Origin: the human T2T-CHM13v2.0 reference genome, Homo sapiens
NCBI RefSeq assembly: GCF_009914755.1
Contig: NC_060930.1
Length of the DNA: 64,000 nt
Direction: 5' to 3' (one strand)
Position numbers and translations under genes: made by a program
Notes under the pieces: model-generated
Told to the model about the DNA's origin: nothing
Databases searched by the model: none
What the model saw: only the letters and a program-made list of their open reading frames with translations
Part shown: positions 9,701 through 24,200 of the stretch, in pieces
How the letters are laid out: each line of letters opens with the position of its first letter
Position numbering within the stretch: position 1 is the stretch's first letter

Positions 9701-12700
9701 GTGGAACTTTCCTCTTTATAGAGCAGTGTTGAAACACTCTTTTTGTAGAAACTGCAAGTGGATATGTGGACCTCTTTGAGGCCCTCGTTGGAAACCGGAT
9801 TTCTTCCTATAACCCTAGACAGAAGAATTTTCAGAAACCTCATTGTGATGTGTGCGTTCATCTCACAGAGTGGAGTCTTCCGTTTGATAGAGAAGTTTTG
9901 AAACCCTGTTCTTGTAGGATTTCCAAGTGGATATTTAGACCACTTTGAAGCCTATGATAGAAAAGGAAACATCTTCATGGAAAACATAGACAGAATCATT
10001 CTCAGAAAGAACTTTGTGATGTGTGCGTTGAACTCACTGTCTTTAACCTTTCTTTTGGTAGAGAAGTCTTGAAACACTCTCTTTGTAAAGTCTACAAGTG
10101 GATATTTTGAGCCCTTGGAGGCATTCTTTGGAAAAGGGAATGTCTTCACGTAAAAGGCAGACAGAAGTGTTCTCAGAAAGTGCTTTGTGATGTCTGTGTT
10201 CAACTCACAGAGTTTAACATTTCCTTTGATAGAGCAGTTTAGCAAAACTCTCTTTGTAGAATTTGGAAGTGTATAGTAAGAGCGCTTTGAGGCCTATGGT
10301 AGAAAAGGAAATATCTTTCCATAAAAGCTAGACAGAAGCAATCTCAGAAACTCCTTTGTGATGTCTGCATTCAACTCACCGAGTGGAGCATTCCTCTTGA
10401 TAGAGCAGTTTGGAAACACTCTTTCTGTAGAATCAGCTTGTTTGTATTTGGACCTCCTTGAGGCCTTCGTTGGAAACGGGTTTTCATCTTATAAACCCAG
10501 ACAGAAGAATTCTCTGAGTCTTCTTTGTGATGTGTGCTTTCAACTCACCGAGATAAAGATTTCTCTTGATAGAGCAATTTGGAAACACTCTTTTTGTAGA
10601 ATTTGCAAGGGTACATTGAGAGCGCTTTCAGGCCTATGGTAGAAAAGGGAATATCTTTCCATAAAAGGTAGACAGAAGCAATCTCAGAAACTACTTTGTG
10701 ATGTGTGCATTCAACTCACCGAGTGCAACATTCCTCTTGATAGAGCAGTTTGGAAACATTGTTTCTGTAGAATCTGCAAGTGGATATTTGGACCTCTTTG
10801 AGGCCTTCGTTGGAAACGGGATTTCTTCCTATAAACCCAGACAGAAGAATTCTCAGAGACTTCTTTGTGATGTGTGAATTCAACTCACAGTGTGGATCCT
10901 TCCTTTTGATAGAGCAGTTTTGAAACACTGTTTTTGTAGTATTTCCAAGCGTATATTTGGAACGCCTTGAAGCGTGTGGTAGAAAAGGAAATATCTTCCC
11001 ATAAAACCTAGACAGAACCAATCTCAGAAACGACTTTGTGATGTCTGCATTCAACTCACAGAGTTGAACATTTCTCTTGATAGAGCAGTTTTGAAACCCT
11101 CTTTCTGAAGGATCTGCAAGTGGATATTTGGAACTCCTTTGGGTCTTCGTTGGAAACGGGATTTCTCCGTATAAATCTAGACAGAAGAATTCTCCGAAAC
11201 TTCTTTGGTTGTGTGCATTCAAGTCACAGAGTGGAACCTTCTTTTGGGTAGAGCAGTTTGAAACGCTGTGGTTGTAGTATTTCCAAGCGGATATTTGAGC
11301 GCCTTGAGGCCTATGGTAGAAAAGGAAATGTCTTCCCATAAAACCTAGACGGAAGCAATCTCAGAAACTACTGTGTGATGGCTGCATTCCACACACACGG
11401 TGGAACATTACTCTTGATAGAGCAGTTTTGAAACACTCTTTCTGTAGAATCTGCAAGTGGATAATTGGACCGCCTTGAGGCCTTAGTTGGAAACGGGATT
11501 TCTTCATGTTACTCTAGATAGAAGAATTCTCAAACACTGCTATGTGATGTTTGCATTCAAGTCACAGAGTGCAACATTCCTCTTGACAGAGCAGTTGGGA
11601 AACACTCCTTTTGTAGAATTTGCAATGGGATATTTGGACTTCTTTGAGGCCTTCGTTGGAAACGGGATTTCTTCGTATAAATCTAGACAGAAGAATTCTC
11701 AGAAACTTGTTTGTGATGTGTGCATTCAACTCAGCGAGTGGCACCTTCCTTTGGAGACAGCAGTTTTGAAACACTGTTTTTGAGGTATTTCCAAGCGGAT
11801 ATTTAGAGCGCCTTGAAGCCTACGCTAGAAATGGAAATATCTCCCCATAAAACCAAGACAGAAGCAATCTCAGAAACTAATGTGTGATGGCTGCATTCCA
11901 CACACACGGTGGACCATTTCTCTTGATAGAGCAGTTTTGAAACACTCTTTCTGTAGAATCTGCAAGTGGATAATTGGACCTCCGAGAGGCCTTCGTTGGA
12001 GACCGGATTTCTTCATCTAAACCTACAGAGAAGAATTCTCAGTAACTTCTTCGGATGTGTGCATTCGACTCACAGAGTGGAACATTCCCTTCGATAGAGC
12101 AGTTTTGAGACACCGTTTTAGTAGAATTCCCAAGTGGATATTTAGAGCACTTTGAAGTCTCTGCTAGAAAAGGAAACATCTTCATGTAAAAAGTAGATAG
12201 AATCGTTCTCAGAAAGTGCTTAGTGACGTGTGCTTTCAACTCACAGAGTGTAACGTTTCCTTTGATAGAGCGTCTCTGAAACACCCTTCTTGTAGTAGCT
12301 GCAAGTGGATATTTGGACCTGTTGGAGGCCTTCTTTGGAAACGGGATTTCTTCATGTAACTCTAGATTGAAGAATTCTCAGAAACTCCTGTGTGATGTGT
12401 GCATTCAATTCAAAGAGTGAAACCTCCCTTTTCACAGAGCAGTTTTGAAACACTGTTTTTGTAGGATTTCCAAGGGGATATTTATAGCGCATTGAGCCTA
12501 CGGCAGAAAAAGAAAAACCTTCCTATGAAAACTAGACAGAATAATTCTCAGAATCTGCTTTGCGATGTGTGCGTTCAACTCACAGAGTAAAACTTTTCTT
12601 TTGATAGAGCAGTTTTGAAACACTCTTTTTGTAGTATTTGCATGGGTATATTTAGAGCGCGTTGAAGCCCACAGTAGAAAAGGAAATAACTTCACCTAAA

Positions 12701-12847
12701 ACCTAGACAGAAGCAATCTCAGAAACTTCTTTGTGATGTGTACATTCAACTCACAGAGTGGAACTTTCCTCTTTATAGAGCAGTGTTGAAACACTCTTTT
12801 TGTAGAAACTGCAAGTGGATATGTGGACCTCTTTGAGGCCCTCGTTG
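3764..12847 (+). repeat. Block of ~3 HOR copies of haplotype 'C' (3057 bp each)
   Basis: Shared variants include AGAAAGAACTTT, AAGTCTTGAAA, TAGCAAAACTC, GGAGCATTCC, CCTTAGTTGG, TTGGAGACAGC, TTTTGAGGTAT and GGAGACCGG. Confidence 0.88.
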
Positions 12848-15289
12848 GAAGCGGGATTTCTTCCTATAACCCTAGACAGAAGAATTTTCAGAAACCTCAT
12901 TGTGATGTGTGCGTTCATCTCACAGAGTGGAGTCTTCCGTTTGATAGAGAAGTTTTGAAACCCTGTTCTTGTAGGATTTCCAAGTGGATATTTAGACCAC
13001 TTTGAAGCCTATGATAGAAAAGGAAACATCTTCATGGAAAACATAGACAGAATCATTCTCAGAAACAACTTTGTGATGTGTGCGTTGAACTCACCGTCTT
13101 TAACCTTTCTTTTGGTAGAGAAGTTTTGAAACACTCTCTTTGTAAAGTCTACAAGTGGATATTTTGAGCCTTTGGAGGCATTCTTTGGAAAAGGGAATGT
13201 CTTCACGTAAAAGGCAGACGGAAGTGTTCTCAGAAACTGCTTTGTGATGTCTGTGTTCAACTCACAGAGTTTAACATTTCCTTTGATAGAGCAGTTTAGT
13301 AACACTCTCTTTGTAGAATTTGGAAGTGTATACTAAGAGCGCTTTGAGGCCTATGGTAGAAGAGGAAATATCTTTCCATAAAAGCTAGACAGAAGCAATC
13401 TCAGAAACTCCTTTGTGATGTGTGCATTCAACTCACCGAGTGGAACATTCCTCTTGATAGAGCAGTTTGGAAACGCTCTTTCTGTAGAATCAGCTTGTTT
13501 GTAGTTGGACCTCCTTGAGGCCTTCGTTGGAAACGGGTTTTCATCTTATAAACCCAGACAGAAGAATTCTCAGAGTCTTCTTTGTGATGTGTGCTTTCAA
13601 CTCACCGAGATTAAAAGATTTCTCTTGATAGAGCAATTAGGAAACACTCTCTTTGTAGAATTTGCAAGGGTACATTGAGAGCGCTTTCAGGCCTATGGTA
13701 GAAAAGGGAATATCTTTCCATAAAAGGTAGACAGAAGCAATCTCAGAAACTACTTTGTGATGTGTGCATTCAACTCACCGAGTGCAACATTCCTCTTGAT
13801 AGAGCAGTTTGGAAACATTGTTTCTGTAGAATCTGCAAGTGGATATTTGGACCTCTTTGAGGCCTTCGTTGGAAACGGGATTTCTTCCTATAAACCCAGA
13901 CAGAAGAATTCTCAGAGACTTCTTTGTGATGTGTGAATTCAACTCACAGTGTGGATCCTTCCTTTCGATAGAGCGGTTTTGAAACACTGTTTTTGTAGTA
14001 TTTCCAAGCGGATATTTGGAACGCCTTGAAGCGTATGGTAGAAAAGGAAATATCTTCCCATAAAACCTAGACAGAACCAATCTCAGAAACGACTTTGTGA
14101 TGTCTGCATTCAACTCACAGAGTTGAACATTTCTCTTGATAGAGCAGTTTTGAAACCCTCTTTCTGAAGGATCTGCAAGTGGATATTTGGAACTCCTTTG
14201 GGTCTTCGTAGGAAACGGGATTTCTTCGTATAAATCTAGACAGAAGAATTCTCCGAAACTTCTTTGGTTGTGTGCATTCAAGTCACAGAGTGGAACCTTC
14301 CTTTGGGTACAGCAGTTTGAAACGCTGTGGTTGTAGTATTTCCAAGCGGATATTAGAGCGCCTTGAAGCCTATGGTAGAAAAGGAAATATCTTCCCATAA
14401 AACCTAGACGGAAGCAATCTCAGAAACTACTGTGTGATGGCTGCATTCCACACACACGGTGGAACATTTCTCTTGATAGAGCAGTTTTGAAACACTCTTT
14501 ATGTAGAATCTGCAAGTGGATAATTGGACCGCCTTGAGGCCTTCGTTGGAAACGGGATTTCTTCATGTTACTCTAGAGAGAAGAATTCTCAAACACTACT
14601 ATGTGATGTTTGCATTCGAGTCACAGAGTGCAACATTCCTCTTGACAGAGCAGTTGGGAAACACTCCTTTTGTAGGATTTGCAGTGGGATATTTGGACTT
14701 CTTTGAGGCCTTCGTTGGAAATGGGATTTCTTCGTATAAATCTAGACAGAAGAATTCTCAGAAACTTCTTTGTGATGTGTGCATTCAACTCAGCGAGTGG
14801 CACCTTCCTTTGGATACAGCAGTTTTGAAACACTGTTTTTGTAGTATTTCCAAGCGGATATTTAGAGCGCCTTGAAGCCTACGCTAGAAATGGAAATATC
14901 TCCCCATAAAGCCAAGACAGAAGCAATCTCAGAAACTAATGTGTGATGGCTGCATTCCACACACACGGTGGACCATTTCTCTTGATAGAGCAGTTTTGAA
15001 ACCCTCTTTCTGTAGAATTTGCAAGTGGATAATTGGACTTCCTAGAGGCCTTCGTTGGAGACGGGATTTCTTCATCTAAACCTACAGAGAAGAATTCTCA
15101 GTAACTTCTTCGGATGTGTGCATTCGACTCACAGAGTGGAACATTCCCTTTGATAGAGCAGTTTTGAGACACCGTTTTTGTAGAATTCCCAAGTGGATAT
15201 TTAGAGCACTTTGAAGTCTCTGCTAGAAAAGGAAACATCTTCATGTAAAAAGTAGATAGAATCGTTCTCAGAAAGTGCTTAGTGACGTG

Positions 15290-18200
15290 TGCGTTCAACT
15301 CACAGAGTGTAACGTTTCTTTTGATAGAGCGTTTCTGAAACACCCTTCTTGTAGTAGCTGCAAGTGGATATTTGGACCTATTGGAGGCCTTCTTTGGAAA
15401 CGGGATTTCTTCATGTAACTCTAGATTGAAGAATTCTCAGAAACTCCTGTGTGATGTGTGCATTCAATTCAAAGAGTGAAACCTCCCTTTTCACAGAGCA
15501 GTTTTGAAACACTGTTTTTGTAGGATTTCCAAGGGGATATTTATAGCGCATTGAGCCTACGGCAGAAAAAGAAACACCTTCCTATGAAAACTAGACAGAA
15601 TAATTCTCAGAATCTGCTTTGCGATGTGTGCGTTCAACTCACAGAGTAAAACTTTTCTTTTGATAGAGCAGTTTTGAAACACTCTTTTTGTAGTATTTGC
15701 ATGGGTATATTTAGAGCGCGTTGAAGCCCACAGTAGAAAAGGAAATAACTTCACCTAAAACCTAGACAGAAGCAATCTCAGAAACTTCTTTGTGATGTGT
15801 ACATTCAACTCACTGAGTGGAACTTTCCTCTTTATAGAGCAGTGTTGAAACACTCTTTTTGTAGAAACTGCAAGTGGATATGTGGACCTCTTTGTGGCCC
15901 TCGTTGGAAACGGGACTTCTTCCTGTAACCCTAGACAGAAGAATTTTCAGAAACCTCATTGTGATGTGTGCGTTCATCTCACAGAGTGGAGTCTTCCGTT
16001 TGATAGAGAAGTTTTGAAACCCTGTTCTTGTAGGATTTCCAAGTGGATATTTAGACCACTTTGAAGCCTATGATAGAAAAGGAAACATCTTCATGGAAAA
16101 CATAGACAGAATCATTCTCAGAAACACCTTTGTGATGTGTGCGTTGAACTCACCATCTTTAACCTTTCTTTTGGTAGAGAAGTTTTGAAACACTCTCTTT
16201 GTAAAGTCTACAAGTGGATATTTTGAGCCCTTGGAGGCATTCTTTGGAAAAGGGAATGTCTTCACATAAAAGGCAGACAGAAGTGTTCTCAGAAACTGCT
16301 TTGTGATGTCTGTGTTCAACTCACAGAGTTTAACATTTCCTTTGATAGAGCAGTTTAGTAACACTCTCTTTGTAGAATTTGGAAGTGTATATTAAGAGCG
16401 CTTTGAGGCCTATGGTAGAAAAGGAAATATCTTTCCATAAAAGCTAGAGAGAAGCAATCTCAGAAACTCCTTTGTGATGTGTGCATTCAACTCACCGAGT
16501 GGAACATTCCTCTTGATAGAGCAGTTTGGAAACGCTCTTTCTGTAGAATCAGCTTGTTTGTATTTGGACCTCCTTGAGGCCTTCGTTGGAAACGGGTTTT
16601 CATCTTATAAACCCAGACAGAAGAATTCTCAGAGTCTTCTTTGTGAGGTGTGCTTTCAACTCACCAAGATTAAAAGATTTCTCTTGATAGAGCAATTTGG
16701 AAACACTCTTTTTGTAGAATTTGCAAGGGTACATTGAGAGCGCTTTAAGGCCTATGGTAGAAAAGGAAATATCTTTCCATAAAAGGTAGACAGAAGCAAT
16801 CTCAGAAACTACTTTGTGATGTGTGCATTCAACTCACCGAGTGCAACATTCCTCTTGATAGAGCAGTTTGGAAACATTGTTTCTGTAGAATCTGCAAGTG
16901 GATATTTGGACCTCTTTGAGGCCTTCGTTGGAAACGGGATTTCTTCCTATAAACCCAGACAGAAGAATTCTCAGAGACTTCTTTGTGATGTGTGAATTCA
17001 ACTCACAGTGTGGATCCTTCCTTTCGATAGAGCGGTTTTGAAACACTGTTTTTGTAGTATTTCCAAGCGGATATTTGGAACGCCTTGAAGCGTATGGTAG
17101 AAAAGGAAATATCTTCCCATAAAACCTAGACAGAACCAATCTCAGAAACGACTTTGTGATGTCTGCATTCAACTCACAGAGTTGAACATTTCTCTTGATA
17201 GAGCAGTTTTGAAACCCTCTTTCTGAAGGATCTGCAAGTGGATATTTGGAACTCCTTTGGGTCTTCGTAGGAAACGGGATTTCTTCGTATAAATCTAGAC
17301 AGAAGAATTCTCCGAAACTTCTTTGGTTGTGTGCATTCAAGTCACAGAGTGGAACCTTCCTTTGGGTAGAGCAGTTTGAAACGCTGTGGTTGTAGTATTT
17401 CCAAGCGGATATTAGAGCGCCTTGAAGCCTATGGTAGAAAAGGAAATATCTTCCCATAAAACCTAGACGGAAGCAATCTCAGAAACTACTGTGTGATGGC
17501 TGCATTCCACACACACGGTGGAACATTTCTCTTGATAGAGCAGTTTTGAAACACCCTTTCTGTAGAATCTGCAAGTGGATAATTGGACCGCCTTGAGGCC
17601 TTCGTTGGAAACGGGATTTCTTCATGTTACTCTAGAGAGAAGAATTCTCAAACACTACTATGTGATGTTTGCATTCAAGTCACAGAGTGCAACATTCCTC
17701 TTGACAGAGCAGTTGGGAAACACTCCTTTTGTAGAATTTGCAGTGGGATATTTGGACTTCTTTGAGGCCTTCGTTGGAAACGGGATTTCTTCGTATAAAT
17801 CTAGACAGAAGAATTCTCAGAAACTTCTTTGTGATGTGTGCATTCAACTCAGCGAGTGGCACCTTCCTTTCGATACAGCAGTTTTGAAACACTGTTTTTG
17901 TAGTATTTCCAAGCGGATATTTAGAGCGCCTTGAAGCCTACACTAGAAATGGAAATATCTCCCCATAAAGCCAAGACAGAAGCAATCTCAGAAACTAATG
18001 TGTGATGGCTGCATTCCACACACACGGTGGACCATTTCTCTTGATAGAGCAGTTTTGAAACACTCTTTCTGTAGAATCTGCAAGTGGATAATTGGACCTC
18101 CTAGAGGCCTTCGTTGGAGACGGGATTTCTTTATCTAAACCTACAGAGAAGAATTCTCAGTAACTTCTTCGGATGTGTGCATTCGACTCACAGAGTGGAA

Positions 18201-21200
18201 CATTCCCTTTGATAGAGCAGTTTTGAGACACCGTTTTTGTAGAATTCCCAAGTGGATCTTTAGAGCACTTTGAAGTCTCTGCTAGAAAAGGAAACATCTT
18301 CATGTAAAAAGTAGATAGAATCGTTCTCAGAAAGTGCTTAGTGACGTGTGCGTTCAACTCACAGAGCGTAACGTTTCTTTTGATAGAGCGTTTCTGAAAC
18401 ACCCTTCTTGTAGTAGCTGCAAGTGGATATTTGGACCTCTTGGAGGCCTTCTTTGGAAACGGGATTTCTTCATGTAACTCTTGATTGAAGAATTCTCAGA
18501 AACTCCTTTGTGATGTGTGCATTCAATTCAAAGAGTGAAACCTCCCTTTTCACAGAGCAGTTTTGAAACACTGTTTTTGTAGGATTTCCAAGGGGATATT
18601 TATAGCGCATTGAGCCTACGGCAGAAAAAGAAACACCTTCCTATAAAAACTAGACAGAATAATTCTCAGAATCTGCTTTGCGATGTGTGCGTTCAACTCA
18701 CAGAGTAAAACTTTTCTTTTGATAGAGCAGTTTTGAAACACTCTTTTTGTAGTATTTGCATGTGTATATTTCGAACGCATTGAAGCCCACAGTAGAAAAG
18801 GAAATAACTTCACCTAAAACCTAGACAGAAGCAATCTCAGAAACTACTTTGTGATGTGTACATTCAACTCACAGAGTGGAACTTTCCTCTTTGTAGAGCA
18901 GTGTTGAAACACTCTTTTTGTAGAAACTGCAAGTGGATATGTGGACCTCTTTGAGGCCCTCGTTGGAAACGGGATTTCTTCCTATAACCCTAGACAGAAG
19001 AATTTTCAGAAACCTCATTGTGATGTGTGCGTTCATCTCACAGAGTGGAGTCGTCCGTTTGATAGAGAAGTTTTGAAACCCTGTTCTTGTAGGATTTCCA
19101 AGTGGATATTTAGACCACTTTGAAGCCTATGATAGAAAAGGAAACATCTTCATGGAAAACATAGATAGAATCATTCTCAGAAACAACTTTGTGATGTGTG
19201 CGTTGAACTCACCGTCTTTAACCTTTCTTTTGGTAGAGAAGTTTTGAAACACTCTCTTTGTAAAGTCTACAAGTGGATATTTTGAGCCCTTGGAGGCATT
19301 CTTTGGAAAAGGGAATGTCTTCACGTAAAAGGCAGACAGAAGTGTTCTCAGAAATTGCTTTGTGATGTCTGTGTTCAACTCACGGAGTTTAACATTTCCT
19401 TTGATAGAGCAGTTTAGTAACACTCTCTTTGTAGAATTTGGAAGTGTATACTAAGAGCGCTTTGAGGCCTATGGTAGAAAAGGAAATATCTTTCCATAAA
19501 AGCTAGACAGAAGCAATCTCAGAAACTCCTTTGTGATGTCTGCATTCAACTCACGGAGTGGAACATTCCTCTTGATAGAGCAGTTTGGAAACGCTCTTTC
19601 TGTAGAATCAGCTTGTTTGTAGTTGGACCTCCTTGAGGCCTTCGTTGGAAACGGGTTTTCCTCTTATAAACCCAGACAGAAGAATTCTCAGAGTCTTCTT
19701 TGTGATGTGTGCTTTCAACTCACCGAGATAAAGATTTCTCTTGATAGAGCAATTTGGAAACACTCTTTTTGTAGAATTTGCAAGGGTACATTGAGAGCGC
19801 TTTCAGGCCTATGGTAGAAAAGGGAATATCTTTCCATAAAAGGTAGACAGAAGCAATCTCAGAAACTACTTTGTGATGTGTGCATTCAACTCACCGAGTG
19901 CAACATTCCTCTTGATAGAGCAGTTTGGAAACATTGTTTCTGTAGAATCTGCAAGTGGATATTTGGACCTCTTTGAGGCCTTCGTTGGAAACGGGATTTC
20001 TTCCTATAAACCCAGACAGAAGAATTCTCAGAGACTTCTTTGTGATGTGTGAATTCAACTCACAGTGTGGATGCTTCCTTTTGATAGAGCAGTTTTGAAA
20101 CACTGTTTTTGTAGTATTTCCAAGCGGATATTTGGAACGCCTTGAAGCTTATGGTAGAAAAGGAAATATCTTCCCATAAAACCTAGACAGAACCAATCTC
20201 AGAAACGACTTTGTGATGTCTGCATTCAACTCACAGAGTTGAACATTTCTCTTGATAGAGCAGTTTTGAAACCCTCTTTCTGAAGGATCTGCAAGTGGAT
20301 ATTTGGAACTCCTTTGGGTCTTGGTAGGAAACGGGATTTCTTCGTATAAATCTAGACAGAAGAATTCTCCGAAACTTCTTTGGTTGTGTGCATTCAAGTC
20401 ACAGAGTGGAACCTTCCTTTGGGTAGAGCAGTTTGAAACGCTGTGGTTGTAGTATTTCCAAGCGGATATTAGAGCGCCTTGAAGCCTATGGTAGAAAAGG
20501 AAATATCTTCCCATAAAACCTAGACGGAAGCAATCTCAGAAACTACTGTGTGATGGCTGCATTCCACACACACGGTGGAACATTTCTCTTCATAGAGCAG
20601 TTTTGAAACACTCTTTCTGTAGAATCTGCAAGTGGATAATTGGACCGCCTTGAGGCCTTCGTTGGAAACGGGATTTCTTCATGTTACTCTAGAGAGAAGA
20701 ATTCTCAAACACTACTATGTGATGTTTGCATTCAAGTCACAGAGTGCAACATTCCTCTTGACAGAGCAGTTGGGAAACACTCCTTTTGTAGAATTTGCAA
20801 TGGGATATTTGGACTTCTTTGAGGCCTTCGTTGGAAACGGGATTTCTTCGTATAAATCTAGACAGAAGAATTCTTAGAAACTTCTTTGTGATGTGTGCAT
20901 TCAACTCAGCGAGTGGCACCTTCCTTTGGATACAGCAGTTTTGAAACACTGTTTTTGTAGTATTTCCAAGCGGATATTTAGAGCGCCTTGAAGCCTACGC
21001 TAGAAATGGAAATATCTCCCCATAAAGCCAAGACAGAAGCAATCTCAGAAACTAATGTGTGATGGCTGCATTCCACACACACGGTGGACCATTTCTCTTG
21101 ATAGAGCAGTTCTGAAACACTCTTTCTGTAGAATCTGCAAGTGGAGAATTGGACCTCCTAGAGGCCTTCGTTGGAAAGGGGATTTCTTCATCTAAACCTA

Positions 21201-24200
21201 CAGAGAAGAATTCTCAGTATCTTCTTCGGATGTGTGCATTCGACTGACAGAGTGGAATATTCCCTTTGATAGAGCAGTTTTGAGACTCCGTTTTTGTAGA
21301 ATTCCCAATTGGATATTTAGAGCACTTTGAAGTCTCTGCTAGAAAAGGAAACATCTTCATGTAAAAAGTAGATAGAATCGTTCTCAGAAAGTGCTTAGTG
21401 ACGTGTGCGTTCAACTCACAGAGTGTAACGTTTCTTTTGATAGAGCGTTTCTGAAACACTCTTCTTGTAGTAGCTGCAAGTGGATATTTGGACCTATTGG
21501 AGGCCTTCTTTGGAAACGGGATTTCTTCATGTAACTCTAGATTGAAGAATTCTCAGAAACTCCTGTGTGATGTGTGCATTCAATTCAAAGAGTGAAACCT
21601 CCCTTTTCACAGAGCAGTTTTGAAACACTGTTTTTGTAGGATTTCCAAGGGGATATTTATAGCGCATTGAGCCTACGGCAGAAAAAGAAACACCTTCCTA
21701 TGAAAACTAGACAGAATAATTCTCAGAATCTGCTTTGCGATGTGTGCGTTCAACTCACAGAGTAAAACTTTTCTTTTGATAGAGCAGTTTTGAAACACTC
21801 TTTTTGTAGTATTTGCATGGGTATATTTAGAGCGCGTTGAAGCCCACAGTAGAAAAGGAAATAACTTCACCTAAAACCTAGACAGAAGCAATCTCAGAAA
21901 CTTCTTTGTGATGTGTACATTCAACTCACTGAGTGGAACTTTCCTCTTTATAGAGCAGTGTTGAAACACTCTTTTTGTAGAAACTGCAAGTGGATATGTG
22001 GACCTCTTTGTGGCCCTCGTTGGAAACGGGACTTCTTCCTGTAACCCTAGACAGAAGAATTTTCAGAAACCTCATTGTGATGTGTGCGTTCATCTCACAG
22101 AGTGGAGTCTTCCGTTTGATAGAGAAGTTTTGAAACCCTGTTCTTGTAGGATTTCCAAGTGGATATTTAGACCACTTTGAAGCCTATGATAGAAAAGGAA
22201 ACATCTTCATGGAAAACATAGACAGAATCATTCTCAGAAACACCTTTGTGATGTGTGCGGTGAACTCACTATCTTTAACCTTTCTTTTGGTAGAGAAGTT
22301 TTGAAACACTCTCTTTGTAAAGTCTACAAGTGGATATTTTGAGCCCTTGGAGGCATTCTTTGGAAAAGGGAATGTCTTCACATAAAAGGCAGACAGAAGT
22401 GTTCTCAGAAACTGCTTTGTGATGTCTGTGTTCAACTCACAGAGTTTAACATTTCCTTTGATAGAGCAGTTTAGTAACACTCTCTTTGTAGAATTTGGAA
22501 GTGTATATTAAGAGCGCTTTGAGGCCTATGGTAGAAAAGGAAATATCTTTCCATAAAAGCTAGAGAGAAGCAATCTCAGAAACTCCTTTGTGATGTGTGC
22601 ATTCAACTCACCGAGTGGAACATTCCTCTTGATAGAGCAGTTTGGAAACGCTCTTTCTGTAGAATCAGCTTGTTTGTATTTGGACCTCCTTGAGGCCTTC
22701 GTTGGAAACGGGTTTTCATCTTATAAACCCAGACAGAAGAATTCTCAGAGTCTTCTTTGTGAGGTGTGCTTTCAACTCACCAAGATTAAAAGATTTCTCT
22801 TGATAGAGCAATTTGGAAACACTCTTTTTGTAGAATTTGCAAGGGTACATTGAGAGCGCTTTAAGGCCTATGGTAGAAAAGGAAATATCTTTCCATAAAA
22901 GGTAGACAGAAGCAATCTCAGAAACTACTTTGTGATGTGTGCATTCAACTCACCGAGTGCAACATTCCTCTTGATAGAGCAGTTTGGAAACATTGTTTCT
23001 GTAGAATCTGCAAGTGGATATTTGGACCTCTTTGAGGCCTTCGTTGGAAACGGGATTTCTTCCTATAAACCCAGACAGAAGAATTCTCAGAGACTTCTTT
23101 GTGATGTGTGAATTCAACTCACAGTGTGGATCCTTCCTTTCGATAGAGCGGTTTTGAAACACTGTTTTTGTAGTATTTCCAAGCGGATATTTGGAACGCC
23201 TTGAAGCGTATGGTAGAAAAGGAAATATCTTCCCATAAAACCTAGACAGAACCAATCTCAGAAACGACTTTGTGATGTCTGCATTCAACTCACAGAGTTG
23301 AACATTTCTCTTGATAGAGCAGTTTTGAAACCCTCTTTCTGAAGGATCTGCAAGTGGATATTTGGAACTCCTTTGGGTCTTCGTAGGAAACGGGATTTCT
23401 TCGTATAAATCTAGACAGAAGAATTCTCCGAAACTTCTTTGGTTGTGTGCATTCAAGTCACAGAGTGGAACCTTCCTTTGGGTAGAGCAGTTTGAAACGC
23501 TGTGGTTGTAGTATTTCCAAGCGGATATTAGAGCGCCTTGAAGCCTATGGTAGAAAAGGAAATATCTTCCCATAAAACCTAGACGGAAGCAATCTCAGAA
23601 ACTACTGTGTGATGGCTGCATTCCACACACACGGTGGAACATTTCTCTTGATAGAGCAGTTTTGAAACACCCTTTCTGTAGAATCTGCAAGTGGATAATT
23701 GGACCGCCTTGAGGCCTTCGTTGGAAACGGGATTTCTTCATGTTACTCTAGAGAGAAGAATTCTCAAACACTACTATGTGATGTTTGCATTCAAGTCACA
23801 GAGTGCAACATTCCTCTTGACAGAGCAGTTGGGAAACACTCCTTTTGTAGAATTTGCAGTGGGATATTTGGACTTCTTTGAGGCCTTCGTTGGAAACGGG
23901 ATTTCTTCGTATAAATCTAGACAGAAGAATTCTCAGAAACTTCTTTGTGATGTGTGCATTCAACTCAGCGAGTGGCACCTTCCTTTCGATACAGCAGTTT
24001 TGAAACACTGTTTTTGTAGTATTTCCAAGCGGATATTTAGAGCGCCTTGAAGCCTACACTAGAAATGGAAATATCTCCCCATAAAGCCAAGACAGAAGCA
24101 ATCTCAGAAACTAATGTGTGATGGCTGCATTCCACACACACGGTGGACCATTTCTCTTGATAGAGCAGTTTTGAAACACTCTTTCTGTAGAATCTGCAAG

